Below, in pieces: positions 59,688-64,000 of a DNA stretch of 64,000 nucleotides. The stretch's first letter is position 1; the number at the start of each line of letters is the position of its first letter. Under the pieces are notes generated by a model. That model did no database searches and had not been told where the DNA came from. It worked only from the letters and a program-made list of their open reading frames with translations. The position numbers and the translations under genes are program-made. Source of the DNA: an uncultured Bacilli bacterium (GTDB lineage: Bacteria; Bacillota_I; Bacilli_A; RF39; UBA660); the NCBI GenBank assembly GCA_944350495.1, contig CALVOZ010000002.1, forward strand, positions 147,479 to 211,478, written 5' to 3'.

Positions 59688-61040
59688 TTAGCGAATTTTG
59701 TTGATAAGTTTTTGAATCTCATTATTAAGAGCTTCATCTTTTAAAATCTCATTTTTAATTTTATCAACCGCGTGCATAACTGTTGTATGATTTTTTCCAC
59801 CAAATTCAATACCTATTTTAGTTAAGTTTTCTTCAAGATATATTCTACAAATATACATTGCAATTTGTCTTGGAATAGCAATATTATTTGTTTTCTTTTT
59901 ACTTTTTAAATCTTCTGGTGAAATATTATAATTTTCACTTACTAATTGAATAACTTGATCAATTTTATTTTTAGCAACAATTGTTTGAACAAAGAAATCT
60001 TTTAATGCCTCCACTGCTAAATCTAAGGTTATAGCCGAACCATTCATAATAGTTGCATAGGCATAAACTCGAGTTATAGCCCCTTCTAACTTTCTAATAT
60101 CACCAACACAATTACTAGCAATATACTCTTTAACATTTTCTGGGAAACCATTCTCTAATCCTTGCATTTCAATTTTTTTATTTATAATATTCATTCGAAG
60201 TTCAAATTCTGGCGGTAATATATCGATTTGTAAACCCCAGTTGAATCTTGTTTTCAAACGTTCCTCAAGTTTTTTTATATCTTCTGGAGAACGGTCAGAT
60301 GAAATAATTATTTGTTTATTATTATTATACAACTCATTAAAAGTATTAAAGAACTCTTGTTGTGCACTTACTGCTCCTACTAAATTGTGGATATCATCAA
60401 TTATTAATACGTCAATTTCCCGATATTTATTTTTAAATTGTTTTGTTGCTTCCATGTTGTTGTCGTTAGCGCTTTTACGGCATATTTCTACAAAATCGGA
60501 TACAAATTTATCACATGGAATATATAAAACCTTCATTTTCTTATTATTTTCAGTAATATAATTACCAATTGCATGCATTAAATGAGTTTTACCTAACCCA
60601 CTAGAACCATATATAAATAAAGGATTATACATGTTTCCTGGTTGTTCTGCAACTGCTAAAGCTGAAGTAGCTGCAAATTTATTACTTTTTCCAATTACAA
60701 AGTTATCAAAACGATATTTTGGGTCAAGGTTGCTTTCAAAATTATTACTTGGAATCCCTATTTCGTCAGTATTTATAACTATATTGTTTTCTAATTCTTC
60801 TTCAATATAGAACTCAAATTTAAAGTTAGTACCAGTTACTTCGGCAAACTTTTCTTCAATTAAATCAATGTAATGTTCTTTTAAATTTTTTTTATGAACA
60901 TGCGATGGAACTAAAACTTTAACTACCCCATCCTCTATTGCAATTAACTTAGATTCTGAAAACCATGTTTCATATGATATGTCTGATAATTGTTTTTTTA
61001 CCTTTTCAAGAAAAGTTAACCACACATTTTCTAAATCCAT
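59688..61040 (-). CDS. dnaA: Chromosomal replication initiator DnaA
   Basis: YNPLFIYGSSGLGKTHL, IIDDI, QQEFF, RQIAMY, GGKNHTTVMHA; start refined to ATG at 61040 (RBS GGGGTG). Confidence 0.98.
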   Translation of the reverse strand: MDLENVWLTFLEKVKKQLSDISYETWFSESKLIAIEDGVVKVLVPSHVHKKNLKEHYIDLIEEKFAEVTGTNFKFEFYIEEELENNIVINTDEIGIPSNNFESNLDPKYRFDNFVIGKSNKFAATSALAVAEQPGNMYNPLFIYGSSGLGKTHLMHAIGNYITENNKKMKVLYIPCDKFVSDFVEICRKSANDNNMEATKQFKNKYREIDVLIIDDIHNLVGAVSAQQEFFNTFNELYNNNKQIIISSDRSPEDIKKLEERLKTRFNWGLQIDILPPEFELRMNIINKKIEMQGLENGFPENVKEYIASNCVGDIRKLEGAITRVYAYATIMNGSAITLDLAVEALKDFFVQTIVAKNKIDQVIQLVSENYNISPEDLKSKKKTNNIAIPRQIAMYICRIYLEENLTKIGIEFGGKNHTTVMHAVDKIKNEILKDEALNNEIQKLINKIR

Positions 61041-61330
61041 CTTCTCACCCCACTTATAAGAAACTTTCACCATATATTCTACACTAATTAAAGTAAATTT
61101 TAAAGAAAAATGTGCATAATTTTTATTAAATCTTTGATTTACACACTCTTTTACCATTATTTTATAATAAAAAAATGAGTTATGCACATTTTTGTGACTT
61201 TCAAATGCACAAAAACATATACGATGTTATTTATTTATACACAAAAATGTGTATAAGTGTGCATAAGTAGGTTTGAAGTAGAAGATATAATGATAAATAA
61301 ATGTGCATAACTTTGTTTATAAAAATATTA
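61041..61330. other. oriC subregion upstream of dnaA (DnaA box cluster)
   Basis: TTATGCACA or its complement at 61111, 61180, 61258 and 61302; TTATACACA at 61235 and 61248; AAATGCACA at 61203. Confidence 0.9.
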
Positions 61331-61377
61331 TTGACATTTTATGTTGAAATAAATATAAAATTTTATTTAAATAAAGT

Positions 61378-61406
61378 TTGACAAATAGAGAAAAAATCTA
61401 TATAAT
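61378..61406 (+). promoter_or_regulatory. Sigma-A promoter of rpmH
   Basis: Perfect TTGACA-17 bp-TATAAT; a second TTGACA-17 bp-TATAAA at 61331-61359. Confidence 0.85.
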
Positions 61407-61451
61407 TGATAAAGCAAACAGGAAAACCATAAAAGGTATGGAGGTGTGAAT

Positions 61452-61574
61452 ATGAAAAGAACTTATCAACCAAATAATCATAGAAAAGCTAAAAAATTAG
61501 GATTTATGGCTCGTATTAAAACTAAAATTATCAATAATAGAAGAAGAAAAGGGCGTAAAGTTTTATCTCATTAA
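61452..61574 (+). CDS. rpmH: 50S ribosomal protein L34 (40 aa; not in the ORF track)
   Basis: [40 protein letters not shown]; RBS GGAGGT. Confidence 0.95.
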   Translation: MKRTYQPNNHRKAKKLGFMARIKTKIINNRRRKGRKVLSH

Positions 61575-61575
61575 T

Positions 61576-61604
61576 AATCCACTGAATCGTCAGTGGATTT
61601 TTTC
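61576..61604 (+). terminator. Intrinsic terminator/attenuator after rpmH
   Basis: AATCCACTGA-atcg-TCAGTGGATT followed by a T-run. Confidence 0.8.
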
Positions 61605-61624
61605 TTATCAATGGATGTGATTTA

Positions 61625-61975
61625 ATGAAAAAAAGAAATATCGTAAAAAATAGTCGAGATTTTACTAGAATAATTAAAAATAATAAGGTATTTAAATATA
61701 AAGACTATATTATATATATAGAAAGAAACTGTTGTGATAATTATCATTTTGGGATATCTGTCAGTAAAAAACTAGGAAATGCAGTTGTTAGAAATAAATT
61801 AAAAAGACAGATAAGGCATATTATTTCTAAAAATAACTATCAAAAAGATTTTAATTGTATTATAATATTAGGCAGAGGAATTTTGAAAAGATCTTATTTT
61901 GAAATGGAAGAGAACTTAAACGAAGCCTTTAGAAGATTAAATATATTGTTAGGAGGAAAAGATGAAAAAGAATAA
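61625..61975 (+). CDS. rnpA: RNase P protein
   Basis: GISVSKKLGNAVVRNKLKRQIR. Confidence 0.96.
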   Translation: MKKRNIVKNSRDFTRIIKNNKVFKYKDYIIYIERNCCDNYHFGISVSKKLGNAVVRNKLKRQIRHIISKNNYQKDFNCIIILGRGILKRSYFEMEENLNEAFRRLNILLGGKDEKE

Positions 61976-62963
61976 ATTATTGATAACTTTTTTAGTGATT
62001 GTTATCTTTAGTTTAACTGGATGTACAAAACAATTAGAGGGTGCTGATGGTAAAGTTGTAACAAATAGTTCAACAGGTCAGGTTCTACCATCAAATATAT
62101 TGTGTGCACCAAGTGATCCAGAAATAATTGAACTTTATAATCAAACAAGAGAAGATTTACTTGCAAAACACAAGAAAGATTATGAAGAAGGTAAAATAAG
62201 TAAAAAAGAATATAAAGAGAGAGTTGAAAATACTATTGATATAAGTGAATTAACTGCTTGTAAAGATTTTAATTTAGCAAGTAATGGTTATACTGGTATT
62301 TGGACTAAAATATTTGTAGAACCTTTAGCATGGTTACTTGTAACAGTAGGAAAATTTGTTAAAAATTATGGTTTATCAATTATTTTTGTTACTTTATTAA
62401 TTCGTTTAGTAATGTATCCAATTACATTAAAAACAGCTAAACAATCAGAAAATTTAAAGAAAGCTCAACCAAAATTAGCTAAAATTGAAAAAAAATATGC
62501 AAATAAAACAGATCAAGAAAGTATGATGAAAAAATCACAGGAATTGATGCTATTATATAAGGAATATGAAATAAATCCTTTATCAGGTTGTCTATATGCA
62601 ATTATCCAATTTCCATTATTTTTTGCATTCTATGAAGCTGTTTATAGATTGCCAGTTTTATTTGAAGATAGCTTATTAGGTTTTGAATTATCTATGTCAC
62701 CAATTAAAGGTATCACAGTAGGAAATTGGTTATATTTAATTTTACCAGTATTAGTATTTGCAGCTACTTATTTCTCATTTAAACTTAATAGTGGTGCTAG
62801 TATGAGTGCTGAACAAGCAAAACAAACTAAAATAATGATGAATGTAATGATGTTAATGATATTCTTTATGTCATTTACAATGGCAACAGGTATTATTATT
62901 TACTGGGTTACAAATAACACATTCACTATTATTCAAAATTTAATAGTTAAAAGGAGTAAGTAG
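61962..62963 (+). CDS. yidC: YidC/SpoIIIJ membrane insertase
   Basis: Lipobox LTGC, NYGLSIIFVTLLIRLVMYP, NPLSGCL, YWVTNN. Confidence 0.93.
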   Translation: MKKNKLLITFLVIVIFSLTGCTKQLEGADGKVVTNSSTGQVLPSNILCAPSDPEIIELYNQTREDLLAKHKKDYEEGKISKKEYKERVENTIDISELTACKDFNLASNGYTGIWTKIFVEPLAWLLVTVGKFVKNYGLSIIFVTLLIRLVMYPITLKTAKQSENLKKAQPKLAKIEKKYANKTDQESMMKKSQELMLLYKEYEINPLSGCLYAIIQFPLFFAFYEAVYRLPVLFEDSLLGFELSMSPIKGITVGNWLYLILPVLVFAATYFSFKLNSGASMSAEQAKQTKIMMNVMMLMIFFMSFTMATGIIIYWVTNNTFTIIQNLIVKRSK

Positions 62964-62965
62964 TT

Positions 62966-63562
62966 ATGGTTAATGTATATAAATATGAAGCAGATAATGA
63001 AGATGACTGTTATGAAAAATGTATTGAAGAACTAGATGTTTATCGTTCTGAAATAATTATTGTTCCAGAAGAAACTGAAAATTCTTATAAAATGACAGTT
63101 GTTAAAAAAGAAGATATTATCAATTTTATAAAAGAGTATATAAAGACAATTGGTTCGAATATGAATATTGATATTAATTTAGAAGTTAGAGAAAATGATG
63201 ATATTTTTTCTGTAACTATGGTATCAAATAATAATCCAATTCTTATTGGTAAAGATGGAAGAACAATTAATTCAATTCAAATATTAATTCGTCAAGCATT
63301 ACAAAATCAAACAGGTATGGATATAAAAGTAAACTTAGATGCTTCTAATTATAAAGCTAAAAAGATTAAGAAATTTGAATTTGAAATTAAAAATATTGTT
63401 AGAGAAGTTCAAAAAACAAAAACAGATGCTAAATTGGATCCGATGAATTCATATCAAAGAAGAATTGTTCATTCATTGATTAGTAAGTTTAGTAATGTTG
63501 AAACTGAAAGTGTTGGCGAAGAACCAAATCGCTGTGTAGTTATTAAATACATAGGAGATTAA
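62966..63562 (+). CDS. jag: Jag/EloR/KhpB RNA-binding protein
   Basis: KH motif ILIGKDGRTINSIQ; R3H motif PMNSYQRRIVH; GEEPNR. Confidence 0.92.
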   Translation: MVNVYKYEADNEDDCYEKCIEELDVYRSEIIIVPEETENSYKMTVVKKEDIINFIKEYIKTIGSNMNIDINLEVRENDDIFSVTMVSNNNPILIGKDGRTINSIQILIRQALQNQTGMDIKVNLDASNYKAKKIKKFEFEIKNIVREVQKTKTDAKLDPMNSYQRRIVHSLISKFSNVETESVGEEPNRCVVIKYIGD

Positions 63563-63617
63563 AATTCTCCTTTTTATTTTCTAAATATTTTGATAAAATT
63601 ATAGAGGTGATTAAATA

Positions 63618-64000
63618 ATGAAATTTATAGATAAAATTAAAGAAAGAGCAAAAAAAAATACAAAAAGAATAGTTTTACCAGAATCAATGGATGAAAGAGT
63701 AATAGATGCAGCAGTTAAAGCAAATCAAGAGTCTTTAGCACATATTATCATTATTGGTAAACCTATGAAAGACATAGAGTTGGATGATATTGAAGTTATA
63801 ATTCCAGAAGAAAGTCCAATGACTGATGATTTGGCTAATAAATTATATGAATTACGTAAAGAGAAGGGTATGACTTTAGATAAAGCTAGAGAATTGCTAT
63901 TAACAGACTATATGTATTATGCATGTATGCTAGTAAAGATAGGTTATGCTGATGGAGTTGTAAGTGGAGCTTGTCATTCATCTGCTAATACACTTAGACC
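63618..64000 (+). CDS. pta: Phosphate acetyltransferase (partial, runs off window end)
   Basis: Manual translation: MKFIDKIKERAKKNTKRIVLPES...LRKEKGMT...ADGVVSGACHSSANTLR; RBS GAGGTG. Confidence 0.92.
   Translation, partial: MKFIDKIKERAKKNTKRIVLPESMDERVIDAAVKANQESLAHIIIIGKPMKDIELDDIEVIIPEESPMTDDLANKLYELRKEKGMTLDKARELLLTDYMYYACMLVKIGYADGVVSGACHSSANTLR

Noticed and set aside
12387-60561. Other short track ORFs overlapping real genes (e.g. 12387, 18827, 20583, 25201, 29035, 36775, 49957, 54703, 60241)
   Set aside because: All lie antisense to conserved housekeeping genes and have no recognisable motifs.
1-64000. Mycoplasma-type genetic code (TGA = Trp)
   Set aside because: Conserved genes are full length in the standard code, and TGA acts as a stop (e.g. 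dut, tatD, recF).

Overview
Replication-origin region of a very AT-rich, genome-reduced, apparently spore-forming member of Bacilli (resembles uncultured gut RF39-type lineages; inferred from gene content, standard genetic code). The right two-thirds is a streamlined version of the Bacillus origin backbone: pta'-jag-yidC-rnpA-rpmH | oriC-dnaA-oriC-dnaN-comK-recF-gyrB-gyrA-parS-SRP RNA-parS-tadA-dnaX-ebfC-recR-bofA-holB-ricT-yabB-rsmI-pth-(orphan)-mfd...spoVT-like, T-box-dut-metG, tatD, yabE-like, rsmA, ung, tilS, ftsH, murJ. Sporulation genes are present (spoIID, spoIIQ, cotJB/C, bofA, spoVT-like) with sigma-F/E/G-like promoters. The left ~17 kb is accessory: a gtrA/GT-C/gtrB glycosylation cassette beside tRNA-His, an ABC exporter, a GH144-like protein, a pentapeptide-repeat protein, two phosphatases, a YunG-like/UDG fusion and orphan genes. 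Best candidates for something new: (1) a three-gene operon (2927-5106) with two distant copies of an unknown helical domain, a small HTH-like protein and a RelE-like C-terminal domain; (2) a membrane-anchored zinc-ribbon/VWA/papain-like protease; (3) dUTPase placed under a Met T-box; (4) FtsH with a Rho_N-like tail; (5) TTATGCACA DnaA boxes together with substitutions in the DnaA recognition helix; (6) an ADP-ribosyltransferase-like orphan between pth and mfd. All assignments come from reading motifs by eye; no database search was run.
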